Assembly (NCBI GenBank): GCA_044892525.1
Contig: CM097885.1
Coordinates: 17,610,001-17,674,000 of the forward strand
Source: Schmidtea polychroa
Lineage: Eukaryota
Direction of reading: 5' to 3'
Length of the DNA stretch: 64,000 nt
Under the pieces are notes generated by a model. The model was not told the DNA's origin. It was given only the letters and a program-made list of their open reading frames with translations, and did no database searches. Positions 50,221-64,000 of the stretch are shown piece by piece. Made by a program: the position numbers and the translations under genes. Each line of letters starts with the position of its first letter. The stretch's first letter is position 1.

Positions 50221-50552
50221 GTTATTATTATTTCGATGGGTTTTATGTAGGGTATCCGAATGTTGTAATAAGCAATATTTTCATTGTTTTTCATGATTAT
50301 TTTCTTCAAAATTCTTATTTTATAAAGTATGACTCATTCAAGGTCATATGACTCATCAAGGTCACGTGACTCATCGATTACATTTTGAATTCTAATTTGA
50401 TTGGCTATATCTATTGTGATAAATGTAAAAACAAAAGTAATCATGATCATAGTAATCATGATCATAATCATAAGTAAAATAATCATGATGCTTACACTGA
50501 TAAGAAAATCATAAATGTTTTAAAAATTTTCAAACATTCCTCTATTGAATAT

Positions 50553-50933
50553 TTGATTGATTTATTTAATTATGATAAATGCATTTTGAAGTTATCTAGT
50601 TATTTAATGTATTTTGAAAAAACAGTGGTAAACAACGATACACTGAATGAATACTTTTGGAGTTGCATGTATTTAAGATTGAAACCGGGATATAGTAGAT
50701 TGATTTATAAATGGATGGTGAAAGTCGATTTGATTGAAAATAAACTAACGGAAAAACTGAACGATGTTAAGAAAATGTATTTAACTTGTTCAATTTGTAA
50801 AGAAAATCAAGTTTCGGTTTTGTTTTTACCGTGTGGTCATGTAATTGTTTGTTCTAAGTGTCACGAGAAGAATGTTCGCAATTGTCAAGCCTGTTCAACT
50901 TTGATTAATGAATATCATACTATATATATGTAA
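50553..50933 (+). CDS. IAP-type C-terminal RING finger protein (possibly partial)
   Basis: CSICKENQVSVLFLPCGHVIVCSKC...CQAC...IYM*. Confidence 0.8.
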   Translation: MIDLFNYDKCILKLSSYLMYFEKTVVNNDTLNEYFWSCMYLRLKPGYSRLIYKWMVKVDLIENKLTEKLNDVKKMYLTCSICKENQVSVLFLPCGHVIVCSKCHEKNVRNCQACSTLINEYHTIYM

Positions 50934-52264
50934 TTTCTCAATACAAATTTCTAGTGTCTTTTTTAATCATGCACATTTATTGCTATTTTGTATATTTTTT
51001 AGTTAATTTATAAATATTATCTGGCATTTTGATGTGTCAATGCAAATATATATACAACAAATTAATCAATAAAGATTGTAAGTTCTTTTATATACTCAGA
51101 GTTTATCCGACAAGATATTTTGTCCCCCTATGGGTATTTGTCGTAAAGGTACTGGTCGCAAGGGTAATTAAGGCACATGTATATATATAAATTCTTAGGT
51201 AATTTAGTGAGAAATATTTGGGTAATATTTTAAATGTAACTTTATTCTTATTTCGAACGATTAATTTATTGATTAACTTTGTCATTTAAAAGGTAATTTA
51301 GTAAAATATTTTCATAGGTAATTTATTCATCTAATGTTCATTACAATAGTTAACTTCGTGAGAAATACATGGTCATTAATAACAACATTGATTCTTTGGA
51401 GTAAAAATCTTTGTTCGAGTCATAATAGAAATATGATCATCTGGTTAACCAATTAAGGTGTTTATTAGTTAGAATTCTAATTTATTATCATTGAGTGTAA
51501 TATATCTTTGTGAGAATAAGTTAAGATTTTTGAGCAACATTTACCAAAACATGAATATTTTGTGCGAAGAATATTGGTTAAATATGTCATTTAAAATAAT
51601 ATTTTCAGACAATAATTAATAAATTCATTGGTTAATTTATATCTTTGTGAGAAATACATGATCATTTATTGACAATTCATTAATAAATTTGGTATAAATT
51701 CTTTATCATTTGGAGTAATTATTGTCAAATTTCTATTTTTTATTATTATAGAAACATGATCGTTTGGTTAATTTACATGGAGTAATATGATGAATTTCAA
51801 GTGAAATAAAGTTTTCAGTTAATTAATATATGATTTTCTTATCAGTGTAAGCATCATGATTATTTATAAAATCTTCAACTGTGTTGTTAAAAAATTTCAA
51901 TGAGCGATTATCTTCAGAATAGGATGGACTTAATTTTTCATTATTTCGAGTTCCTTGCTATAAATCACAAATATATAAAATATTGATAAAATAATAAAGT
52001 TACCAAATACATTTTGTGATTTACACAATCATATTCAACAGTTTTACTTGTAGAAATCATCAGTAATAACTAAATTACTTTTGTTTTTACATTTATCACA
52101 ATAGATATAGCCAATCAAATTAGAATTCAAAATGTAATCGATGAGTCACGTGACCTTGAATGAGTCATACTTTATAAAATAAGAATTTTGAAGAAAATAA
52201 TCATGAAAAACAATGAAAATATTGCTATTTACAACATTCGGATACCCTACATAAAACCCATCGA

Positions 52265-52335
<71 letters not shown>

Positions 52336-52689
52336 ATTGAAAATAACTTTGAAAATAATATATTCATGCAAATGATGAAAATGTTGAAAATCATGAAATC
52401 GATGCAAAAATTATGAAAATAATTATGAAAATGTTCTTGCATCTAATGAAAATGGCGTCAAAATATGTTTTGAAAATAAGATTTTAACATACCACAACGT
52501 AATATATTTTTGTTCTACCCCTTCATTGATTAGTCAGAATTTAATAATATGCCCTTTGAGACATGTTGTATATGAGCATTATCCATCCGGGGACTAAATA
52601 TGTTGTCGGATAAACTCATAGTTTATATAATAATAATAATTATAAAAATACTTTGAAAATAAAATAAGAATAATAATAATAATAATGAA

Positions 52690-52741
<52 letters not shown>

Positions 52742-52742
52742 T

Positions 52743-52828
<86 letters not shown>

Positions 52829-53136
52829 TGAAAATATTATAAATAATAATAATATCCCCCGCGCGTTAATAATAACAATAATAAAAATAATAATAATTGA
52901 TGAAAATGTTGAAAATGGTGTCAAAATATATTTAAGTTTTAAAATACTGCAACGTAATATATATTTTTTCTACCCCTTCCTTGATTGGTCAGAATATATT
53001 TATTTTTCCTACCCCTTCCTTGATTTTGATTGGTCAATATATATACTCTTTGAGACATGTGAGCAGTACCTTTGCGAGTAGTACCCATAAAGGGGACTAA
53101 ATATCTTGTCGGATAAACTCTGAGTATATATAATAA

Positions 53137-53167
<31 letters not shown>

Positions 53168-53173
53168 AATAAT

Positions 53174-53241
<68 letters not shown>

Positions 53242-53369
53242 CTTTGTGAGCAGTACACTTGCAACATGTTGAGTGTGAACATTACCCATAGGGGGACAAA
53301 ATATAAACTCAGAGTATAATCACATATTAAGCATATATACCCGTGTTAAAATAAGCATGTGCAATACAT

Positions 53370-53995
53370 GTACAATTCACACAAAAACATAAATTTTTCA
53401 TAAATTTTAAAGAAATTTGATAAAATTTCATATTTTTACACACATACACACAGAGAAAACATAGATTTTTTACAGAAATTTACATGATTTTTATAAAATT
53501 TATTATTTGTACACAAATACACATATAATAATTCTCTAACCATAGCACACACATAGATTTTTTAAAGAAATTTACATGTATTGGATAAAAGTTTTTTACA
53601 CACCCATAATAATTACCCATACCACACACACACACACACAGAAAACATAGATTTTTAAAGAAATTTACATGATTTTTATAAAATTTATTATTTGTACACA
53701 CATACACCCATAATAATTCTCTAACCATAGCACACACAGAAAACATAGATTTTTGAAAGAAATTTACATGTATTTGATAAAATTTCATATATTTACGCAC
53801 ACACATACTATACCCGTAACACACACACACAAAAAACAGAGATTTTTCATAAAATTTACCTAAATTTATACATGTATTTGATAAAATTTCATATTTTACA
53901 CACTCACACTCGACTAATGACACACACATAGATTTTTTAAAAAAATTTACATGTATTTGATAAAATTTATTATTTTTGGCTATTGCACACACAAT
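53370..53995. repeat. Degenerate CA-rich tandem repeat
   Basis: Recurring CACACA...ACATAGATTTTT..AGAAATTTACATG units. Confidence 0.7.
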
Positions 53996-54253
53996 CACTC
54001 AGAAATATTTTTCCACCCTTAAGGTGTGTAATCCTAGCATGTATACTTTCGAATAGACTTGTGTCTGTGGAAATATTTTAGGTTTTTCTCTAATACTTGC
54101 AATAATAATAATAATGGATTGAGTATGTGTGTAAAATTAATATCAAGGTATGACTAATAAATTTGCAATACACTTGCATAATTAACAAAGACTTTGCAAT
54201 AAACGTGCATGATTAACAAAGACATGAATATATAATTAATAATAATAATATTG

Positions 54254-54331
<78 letters not shown>

Positions 54332-54676
54332 TTAATAATAATAAAAATAATAATAATACTATTGATAATAATAAATAATATTGATAATAATAATAATTTT
54401 GATATTAATAATAATAAATCCCATGGGCGCGTCATTCTGAAAACAGATGTCTTTGTTTTAAAAAGTGATGAGTTATAAAAAGTCAGCGATGACTACCTTT
54501 GAAGTACCTTTTGTTTGATATGTATATTATAAGGTTTGAAAAATTTGACCCTTGGACCATCATACTCATCTTTGTATTACCTTTTGTTTGATATGTATAT
54601 TATAAGGTTTTCAAAATTTGAACCTTCGACCCTTCAAACTTGGACCATCATACTCATCTTTGAATTTCCTTTTGTT

Positions 54677-54773
<97 letters not shown>

Positions 54774-55590
54774 GGTTTATAAAAATTCGAAGGTTTATGA
54801 CCCTTTGAAGGTTATACCATTCGAAGATATGACCATTAGATAGACCTCTGAAATACCTTTCGAAAAGATTTTTTGAGGGACCCACCATTTTATTATATTG
54901 ATTTGCATTTAAATTATTTGATATATATATATTTTATTATTATTTTCAAAGTAATATTATAATTTTTTATTATTATTTTATTATAATTACTATTAATTAA
55001 TTAATTTTATTATTATTAATTAATTAAATAATTTTATTATTATTCACATAAATATTATTATTTTAAAGACATGTTCAACTCATGTCACCTGTAAATTAAA
55101 CAAAGACAATGAGTAACAAAGACATTATTTGTTACTATGTGAGTCATTGACGACTCATCATTTTAGAACAAAGCATAGGGTATGTGTGTGTATATTTCTC
55201 TATCCTATCGTTATTCTGATTGGATAGACGTTACATATACTCTATGATTTTTTCAAAATGCTCGTGGATGAAAAAGTAAATTTTAATTATTATGTTTTTA
55301 ATTATAATGTTTTTTAGAAATTATGAAATTAATTTATGAATTTTTTATGAAATTTTATTATGAATTTTTTATGAAGAATATGTTTTTATGGAGAAACTTA
55401 TATCAGAAATGGTAATGTTTTTTATTACTTTGTAATTACTTTGAAATAATATTAATTTGATAATAATAATAGTAATAATAATAATTATAATAAAATAATA
55501 ATATTACATTGAAAATAATAATAATAATAATGATAATAATAATAATAATAATAATAATTATTATTATTATTATAATAAATAATATTGATA

Positions 55591-55746
<156 letters not shown>

Positions 55747-55749
55747 TTC

Positions 55750-55801
<52 letters not shown>

Positions 55802-58800
55802 TAATAATAATAATTTTGATAATAACATCTTTGTTCTAGTGGAGTCCTGAGTCATCGTTCTAATCGTGTGGGTTAGTCTTTGTCTTAAAAATATATGATT
55901 GGTCTTTGTTCAAAAAAGTCATCGATGAGTCATACAAATGGGGGGGCTAGTGCACAATAAATAATAACTCCTTATTTAAACTATGAGTCGTCGATGAGTC
56001 TTTGTCTATATGTCTTTGTTTAAATGTATTTATTTCAATATTTGTTTACATGTCTTTGTTTAAAAAATGATGAGTCATATGTACTTTAATAATAAGTCAT
56101 TGGCTTTGTTCCAAAATGATGAGTCATATGACCTTGACATGGTTGCCATGGTTACCACAGTTGCTATGGATGAGTCATCGGGGGAAATCAGGAAAAAAAA
56201 TCGAAAAAAAATCGAAAAAAAAATCGGAAAAAAAAATCAATAAAAAAAAATCGAAAAAAAATGTGTCATTGGGGGAGGGGGGTATGATGAGTCATGGAGC
56301 ACACTTCCCTCTACTCAAGACCAAAGTTGGAAAATGCTTCAAAGAAATGTTGAAAAGATGAAGAAATTTCTTAAAGAAGGGGATGTGAGGTGTTTTCAGC
56401 TGAGAGTTAAATATTTCAATGATTTATCAAAATAATTTTAAATTGTAAATAATTGACTATTTAAATAACTTTTAAATAATTTTTAAATTGGATTTTTTAA
56501 GTTGAAATATTTGAATTAAAAATTAAAATAGCTTTTTAAAAAGAAGTTTTATTAATGAAAATTTTTTAAATAAATATGTTTTAAATATTGAAGTATTTTG
56601 ATAAATGATTTTGAAAAACTTTTATTCAACGCTGAAAATTTGTTTAAAATTAAACAATATGTGATATAATAAATATTTGGAATTATGTCGTTCACTTTTG
56701 AACCGGATTTAAAAAATAATTTAGAAGATGTGTTAGCAGCTTCTAATACTTTCGATCAAGCTACCACTTACATAGTGATTAAAACGGGTCTTACGATATT
56801 TTTTATGTTAATAAAAGTTGGATAATATTTTTTTGGTTGTATTTAGTTAATCTTTTTAGACATTATTTTTTTATTGTATATTTTTCAACACACATTCACC
56901 CCAGCTGCCCCAAGACAGTTCATTTACTGGTGACTCGGCTGGGCTCTTCAATTCTCCCCACACACACACACACACAAGCACCTAAAATACACAAATATAA
57001 TATACACGTATAAACTATTAAACTTTATAACAGATATAACAAATATTGTAATTTAAATGAATTTACTTGTTTATCAGATGTTATAATTAGTTATCAGTCT
57101 CTTTTGATAATTTTATGATAATTATTTTTAATGTAGATTGATGACATTGATAATTGTAATGAATTTATACTGAATATTTGGAATATTTTGAGTAATCAGT
57201 CAATCAATTTGAGTACATGTATTACTTTTAAAAAAATAATTAAAATTAATTTATTTCAATTAATTTATTCAATTTAAATCAATTATCTACTTGATCTTAT
57301 TTCAAAATTCTTATTAATTTATTATCTTAGTTGATGATTCATATTAACTTGAATGATTAGTATTTTTATTTACTAGATGATTAATGACTAGAATTTAAAG
57401 TTATTTGTTGTCCATTAATTACATTTTTATGATATTTATTTATTATGTTTTGAATAATTTAAATTGTAATTAAAAATATTTTTGAACACAAATTAAAAAT
57501 AAATTTAAAAAGTATTTGATAAAATATTTAGTTGATTGTAAGAGGTTAGTACTTGGTATCTGGTACCTAATCGGTTGCTTGTTGTTGGTTGTTAGTATAT
57601 ATTACCTATTTGTAGGTATTTAGTACTTATTTGTTAACGCCTAGCAAAAAATATTTAGTAGCTGGAAGTTGGTATCAGATATTAGGTAATATAAAAATTT
57701 CCATTAAAAATTATCTTAAAAAAATCTACATTTAAAATGAACTTAAAAAAATATTCCATAAAGATTAAAAATCTATTAAAAATTTGCTTTGAAAAATATT
57801 TCATTAAAATTTTCATTAAAAATTACATTTCTCAAAGGAGTTATTCAATCTTTTTTTAATAAATTAAAAAAATATTACTTTGATTTATTTATTACATTAC
57901 TCTAATTTTCTTATTTAAAAATTATTACTTTAATTTACTTTTATTTACTTTTATTTTTAAATTTTTACTTTAATTTACATAAATTAAAAATATTACTTTA
58001 ACTTTAAAATGTTAGACCATTGATTACTTAATTTTAAAAATTAACTATTAATTTACCTATTTATCTTAATTAACTGAGCCATTATTTACTTTAATTCAAT
58101 TTTTAGACCCTTAATTTAATTTAATTTAAATTAATTACCTTAAATTACTTATTTGAACTCATTGATTACTTTAATTTAAAATTTGAATCTTAATTTACTT
58201 ATTTGAGCACATTGATTACTTTAATTCATTGAGTACTGTAATTCAAAAATTTAACATGCTTTTTTAGTGAAGACACACTTTTTGTATGGAAATTCCCAGG
58301 ACCAAGGAGACCCTCTTTAATTGTACTTGGAAAAATCCTTGCTTTTTTAGTGTAGACCCCCTTTTTTGTATTTTTATCGATAATTGAAATTTGTATTGAA
58401 AATCCCAAGACAAAGGACACCCACCCAAATAATACTGGCTTATCCTTGGATTTTTAGTGAAGACCACTTTTTTCTATTGAAAAAATCCTGAGACCTTAAA
58501 TTAGCATGCTTTTTTAGTGTAGACCACCTATTTGTTTTGAAAACCCCAGGACCAAGAAGACCCACCTTAATTTATTTGGAAAATCAATGCTTTTTTATTG
58601 ATAGTCGGATTTTGTATTGAAAATCCCAGGGCCAAGGAGACCCTCACTATAGTCAGAAAAATTTTGGCCTTTTTTCTATAGGTCCTTCTATTTGTATTGA
58701 AAAAATATGTACAGCACTCTACAGCAATTGCGTAATCTACAAATCAGAAAAAATTACTGCAGCAGATCCCCTTCCCGGGGACCCCCTCGGAAGGTCGTGC

Positions 58801-60109
58801 TGCAGAGGGCTCCTAACTACCCTACTATATCTCTATTCATATTGGCTCTATATATTAATCAAATGAGTTTATTTAAACAAATATTCATAGTTGCCGCAAT
58901 AACAGTATACATTTGAACAAAGATTGGATATCTCCATTCAAAACTACTATAGGAATTGAAAGTCCCATGAAAACATGTAAATTTTACGATGCACTGTCAT
59001 AAATAGAAGCGTTGAAAATATTTCAAAGTCCGTCGGACATACCCGAATTTCAGCTTTATCGATTGTTTTTACCTAATCTTAATTCCTGGGAGAACCAAGA
59101 GAATTTTCGAGATATTTATTAAAGAATCCTCTTAATTGAATCAAGGCGCAACATTTTTGTTAAGGATGTCTCAAAATGTTCCAAAAATTATTCCTTAAAA
59201 ACGCGAAATTTATACCGAAAAGAAATTTTAATCTGTGTCGACAAATAACAAGTCTTTTTCATGGACCATGTCGGGGTGAAATCTTAAAATCTAAGAAAAG
59301 CACCTCTGACTATAGTCAGAAATAGCACTTTTAGTCATAATTTCCACTTTTCACTTTTATCACTTAAACATCAATAATGGCACTTTTTAATCAATATACA
59401 CTTAAAAAATTGTACGCGCGATAACTCATCGATCAAACTCGCAATAAATCATCAATCAAAATGGGGGGTATATATGCGCGATAACTTATACTGATTCATG
59501 GGACTCACATCTATCTACTTGATTCGTTCAGAGGAGTTTTGCTTTTATAGACTGCACTTGTCCGACACTTTTTCATTCCTGTCTCTCCATAATTTGTACA
59601 GCTCCAGTGTTAACACTGACAGTTTGGCACTCAGAATAATTTGTCATTTTTTCCATTTCAGGATCTGACATTTTCCATACTTTTTTTCTATTTCCCACTT
59701 TATCTCTGAAAGTTTGTAGATGCCGATTTTGTTTTCGTTTCTGCATCATTTTCATTGCAGTTGGGTTTTTATCTGACGTCACCAATCTTTAATATTTTTT
59801 TCGATTAAAAAGTATCCTTCAATATTTTCTATTGGATAATGCGTATTAGTCATAATGCGTAAAAATAGTGCAATTAATAAATATAAATGCATCTGAAAGG
59901 TTTTATAAAGGTGCAATTAATATATTGATAAGCAATTAAGCTCTTCACTAAGCATTGCATTTTGTTGTATTAGAAAATGATCTAAATAGTTACCGTTGTC
60001 ATGCTTGGAATCGTATATATCTGCAAAGTCTAATAGTGCGCATCACGGCCAACGCCAACTTTATAAAAACCACAGTAAGCCATCAGTGATGCAAAACAAA
60101 ACTTTATAA

Positions 60110-60552
60110 ATGCAAGACATAGATTTAGAAAATCGAGATCCAAAAAATATTAATTCATATATTTCGGTATGCAAATAATTTTATTCTTTTTGATCATCGT
60201 TGATTCATTCTAGACAGAATGGGAGGATAATTTCGCTGAACCTGGCGGGTTGAAATCATGCGATTGTTTGTGGAAATGTTCATTCAAATGTTTTCAATTC
60301 GGGCGGAATTGCTGCTATAGGTTTCTCAGTGGTCTCCTTGGGTTATGCATTGCACTTTATTGGGGATGTTGTTACGGATGCGTTGCCTTTTATTATATTT
60401 GGTGTATAACGCCTTGGCTCAAACTCTATATAATGCATTGTGCGTTCTGCAAGAAGATAAGTAAAGCTTTAATGGACTGTATCATTGGTCCCATTAGTGA
60501 GATTTGTGGAGTATGCGGAGGTTACTTCCGAGTAACAATGGATAAATCTTGA
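60110..60552 (+). CDS. Caveolin family protein (duplicate copy)
   Basis: Same sequence as 4068-4510. Confidence 0.9.
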
Positions 60553-61102
60553 AAGCATTTGATTGTCATGAAATTTGTTAAAAAATAAAAATTATTATCT
60601 TTTAATAATAATAAATATTTCGCCAAGTGCGTTTGTTTTTAGAAAGAATCTACACCAACTTCTTTCTGTTACATTTCAATAATAATTTTGAAATGGAAAT
60701 TTGTAGAACTTTCCTCAATCTAAATAAATAATTTTAATTAATATTTTTTAATTAATTTAAATTATTACTATTAATTATTTAATATCAAATGTTATTTTTA
60801 ATTATATATTATTATTATAAATCTTTAGGTTTAAATTATTTTATCAACAAAATATTCAACAACTCTATCTTTTAATAGTAAATCTTCAGAAATTCAACAA
60901 AATGTCCAATACCTTTAAACTTGAATAAAGAATTTAATTATGAAATTGGATAGCAAGGGTTTACCGTTTATAATATACAAAATGTTACAGATAAAAATAA
61001 TAAAAAACATTGGAACATGGATTTTTCTTCTTCTGATATAATTTTATCTCCTGGAACATACAAATTAAGTAATTTATTTTCAACAATCATAACCCTAGCA
61101 AT

Positions 61103-62310
61103 CAGGCGCGTACGCAGGATGAATCCATGGGGGGGGATTCAGAAAACATATTTTGTATATGTATTTTTATTTTTTCACGTAATAGCTAGCACTATTTACC
61201 AAATTTTATTCAAATTATATTTCACTTTATTTCAATATAAAAACAATTACCTATAGGTATATTTTTCTCTCAACTTTTTTATAGAAAATTGTAAAGAAAA
61301 CTAAATAAAAATTTATTAAGAAATATGAATAATAATTATACATTATAAGAAAAATTAATATAAAATAAAATTAATATAAAATAGAATAAAAATTGCATAT
61401 TCAGCAACAGGACTATTTTCTGAAAAAAATAAAAAGCGATATAAATTAAGACTGAATTATATTCAAATTTCTAATTTACGTGAACTTTTTGCTAGTTCAT
61501 CTAGAACTGCATCTGTAGAAATCGCGACATTACGATGAATATTAAGTAACGCTAATCCACTTAACCTATCTTCACTCATTGTGTTGCGTAAATACGTTTT
61601 AAGTCGTCTCAATGTTGAAAAAGATCGTTCACTGCTTGATGTTGTAACTGGTAGTGTAGCAAATATTTTAAGTAATTTTCGAACAGTTGGGAAAATTGAA
61701 TCGTCGCATGCTAAAAATGGATTATGAGCATTTTTTGGTGTATTCGAAAAATTTAAAACATGGCGCCACCATAGCTTCAGCTCACTAACCTTTTCCACCT
61801 GCTAAACCAGCTGTATTGAAACTTTAAATTACGTTTTCCACTAACTGGGAATACAAATTTGTCGTCAGGATACCAAACGTTTTTCAACAAAAATAATCTT
61901 TTTTCATTGTCGTATTGGTCTTTTCCAATAAAATTACTAATATCATTAATAATTACATTTGAATCTGATCCTGATGGAGACTCACATTCACATCCACTTA
62001 CTGAAGCTGCAGCACTATCATTTTCACTAGGAACAGGAGCAACCTGATCAGCTGTTCTTTCTAAATCACTTGTTTTAGATTTTTTAACAAAGTAATTTGT
62101 TAAAGTAGAATTTTTTAGTTTTCTTTTCTCGTTATTCATCTTCACAAAATATTATTTAAACAAATTTTAAAATTAACATTAAACAGAAATTAGACTTTCA
62201 AGTTCAAGAGAAAACAAAAAACAAAAAAAAACACGTTTGAAAATTTAAAAACTCGACTGTTTGGGTCCCGCAATTATTATTATTAGTAATAGAAAGTACA
62301 TTATCATTAT

Positions 62311-62370
<60 letters not shown>

Positions 62371-62400
62371 CAGTAAACCCCCCCCCTGCGTACGCGCATG
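61103..62400 (-). mobile_element. Deleted hAT transposon (duplicate copy)
   Basis: Same sequence as 5061-6358. Confidence 0.9.
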
Positions 62401-63006
62401 CTAGCAAAAGATTTTTTGAAGGCTAACAAAGTAAGTTTTTTAGATCAAATAGAACAATATAAATTGTGGTGTAAAATAGTTGCACTTTACTTTCACAATT
62501 TTTCTTTTCAATACTCTTTTTACCAACCTTTGATCACATCGGGCTAACCAAAATATGTTTGGTTATTGGGTTGGTGACAGTATTTGTAAATTTAAATGTT
62601 CACTCTGACTCCAAAGCGTGTTTTATTAATTCACAAATTGACAATCCCGAACAAGATGAACCTTTATTAATGTTTACAATAAATCGTACAAATTGCAATT
62701 CTTAATTAACAGTGACCTTTGTTTTAATTTCTTGTTTGTTTTCCTTTATTTGATTTATCTTTCTCATTTCACATTTCTTTTTACTTTAGTTTTCTTCGAG
62801 TTCCCATAGATCGTCCCGTTTGTCATGACGATCTCCCCCAGGTAATATACTTATTTATTATACTTTTTGTTATTTAGGTAACCTCAACACAATATAAAAA
62901 TAAATATACGTGAGATTCAGTTAAATTAATGAAATTTGCAGAAGATTCAAAAATTCATTTGACATTACATTTTCGTATAGTAAATGGCTAATTCAGATAT
63001 TATTTC

Positions 63007-63587
63007 AGTAGGGTAATGTGTGGACCCGGGAACAAAGAACTAATACGTAACCAATGACGTCACAAAGGGAAATTACGTAATACCCTCGTGGGGGGTTTTT
63101 TTTAATTTTAATTTTTTTTAAAAAAATTACATAACAGAGACATATTACATAACAAAGACATATTACGTAACAAAGGAAAAATTTTAAACAAAGACATTTG
63201 AACAAAGGCACATGACTCATCATACTTTTTTCAATATATTACGTTGCGGTATTTTAAAATTTAATTATATTTTAATCATTAAATATATTACGTTGCGGTA
63301 TTTTAAAATTTAAATTTATTTTAAAAACTTATTTTGACGGTTAAGTTGACAAAATAAAATTATTGCACATACTTTGCATTATCATATATATAGTCTATCA
63401 GACAAGATATTCTGTTCCCCTGTGGGTAATGGTCACAAAGGTAAAGGTCACAAAGGTACTGCTAAAACTTTAACATATTATTACACAATGTATAAAAAAT
63501 AGTATTAGTGTCCACACATGGTCATGCAACAAGTTAGTGTTCCCATCGATAGCTCATCTTAAAGTCTAGTGTAAGATTTATCTAATG

Positions 63588-63645
<58 letters not shown>

Positions 63646-63656
63646 ATTGGTAAAGA

Positions 63657-63708
<52 letters not shown>

Positions 63709-64000
63709 ATTATTTTTTTTATTATTATTTTTATTAATATTATTATTATTATATAGTCCGAGTCTATCCGACAAGATATTCTGTCCCCCTATGAATAATG
63801 GTCACAAAGGTAAAGGTTACTAATGTACTGCTCGCAAGGGTACTGCTAAAAATATTCAAGACAAAACTTTAACAAAGAAATTCTAAATATTATACTTTAA
63901 ATATACACTCAAACTAAAATTTATTAACACATTCACATTCATCATCTCCACGTTTCATAACATTTTCAACAACATGATCTATACAATCGCTATATACACG
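63007..64000 (+). mobile_element. Left end of outer Polinton (duplicate copy)
   Basis: Same sequence as 6965-7958. Confidence 0.9.

Larger units (their letters stand above)
56043..64000. repeat. Second copy of 1-7958
   Basis: Identical ORF set at offset 56042. Confidence 0.97.

Noticed and set aside
53480..53998. 172 aa Cys-rich ORF
   Set aside because: It is the translation of a degenerate CA/TG-rich tandem repeat.

Overview
AT-rich animal genomic DNA (a spliced caveolin gene is present) dominated by nested mobile elements. An outer, decayed Polinton/Maverick spans 6965-47791 with ~0.9 kb TIRs and encodes a TBP-like protein, ATPase, integrase, penton, a truncated capsid/protease and pPolB. 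It carries five insertions. (i) A non-autonomous BEL/Pao-type LTR retrotransposon (8936-13586) has a ubiquitin-Gag fusion, and both LTRs carry a proteasome alpha-6 fragment. (ii) A 5'-inverted Penelope fragment carries a minimal hammerhead ribozyme. (iii) A Tigger/pogo element splits the penton gene. (iv) A 6 kb non-autonomous Polinton derivative (20664-26736) splits a small core-protein gene. (v) A second, nearly complete Polinton (31216-45366, GATGTG TSD) splits the outer pPolB; it has self-complementary terminal units, a PLA2-integrase fusion and two Pol III-type RNA units resembling adenoviral VA RNAs. The outer Polinton also appears to contain short spliceosomal introns. Outside it lie a deleted hAT element, orphan Polinton-type ends, an IAP-type RING ORF and a predicted secreted protein. 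Bases 1-7958 recur, apparently identically, at 56043-64000 (period 56,042 bp). All homology calls come from motif recognition by eye; no searches were run.
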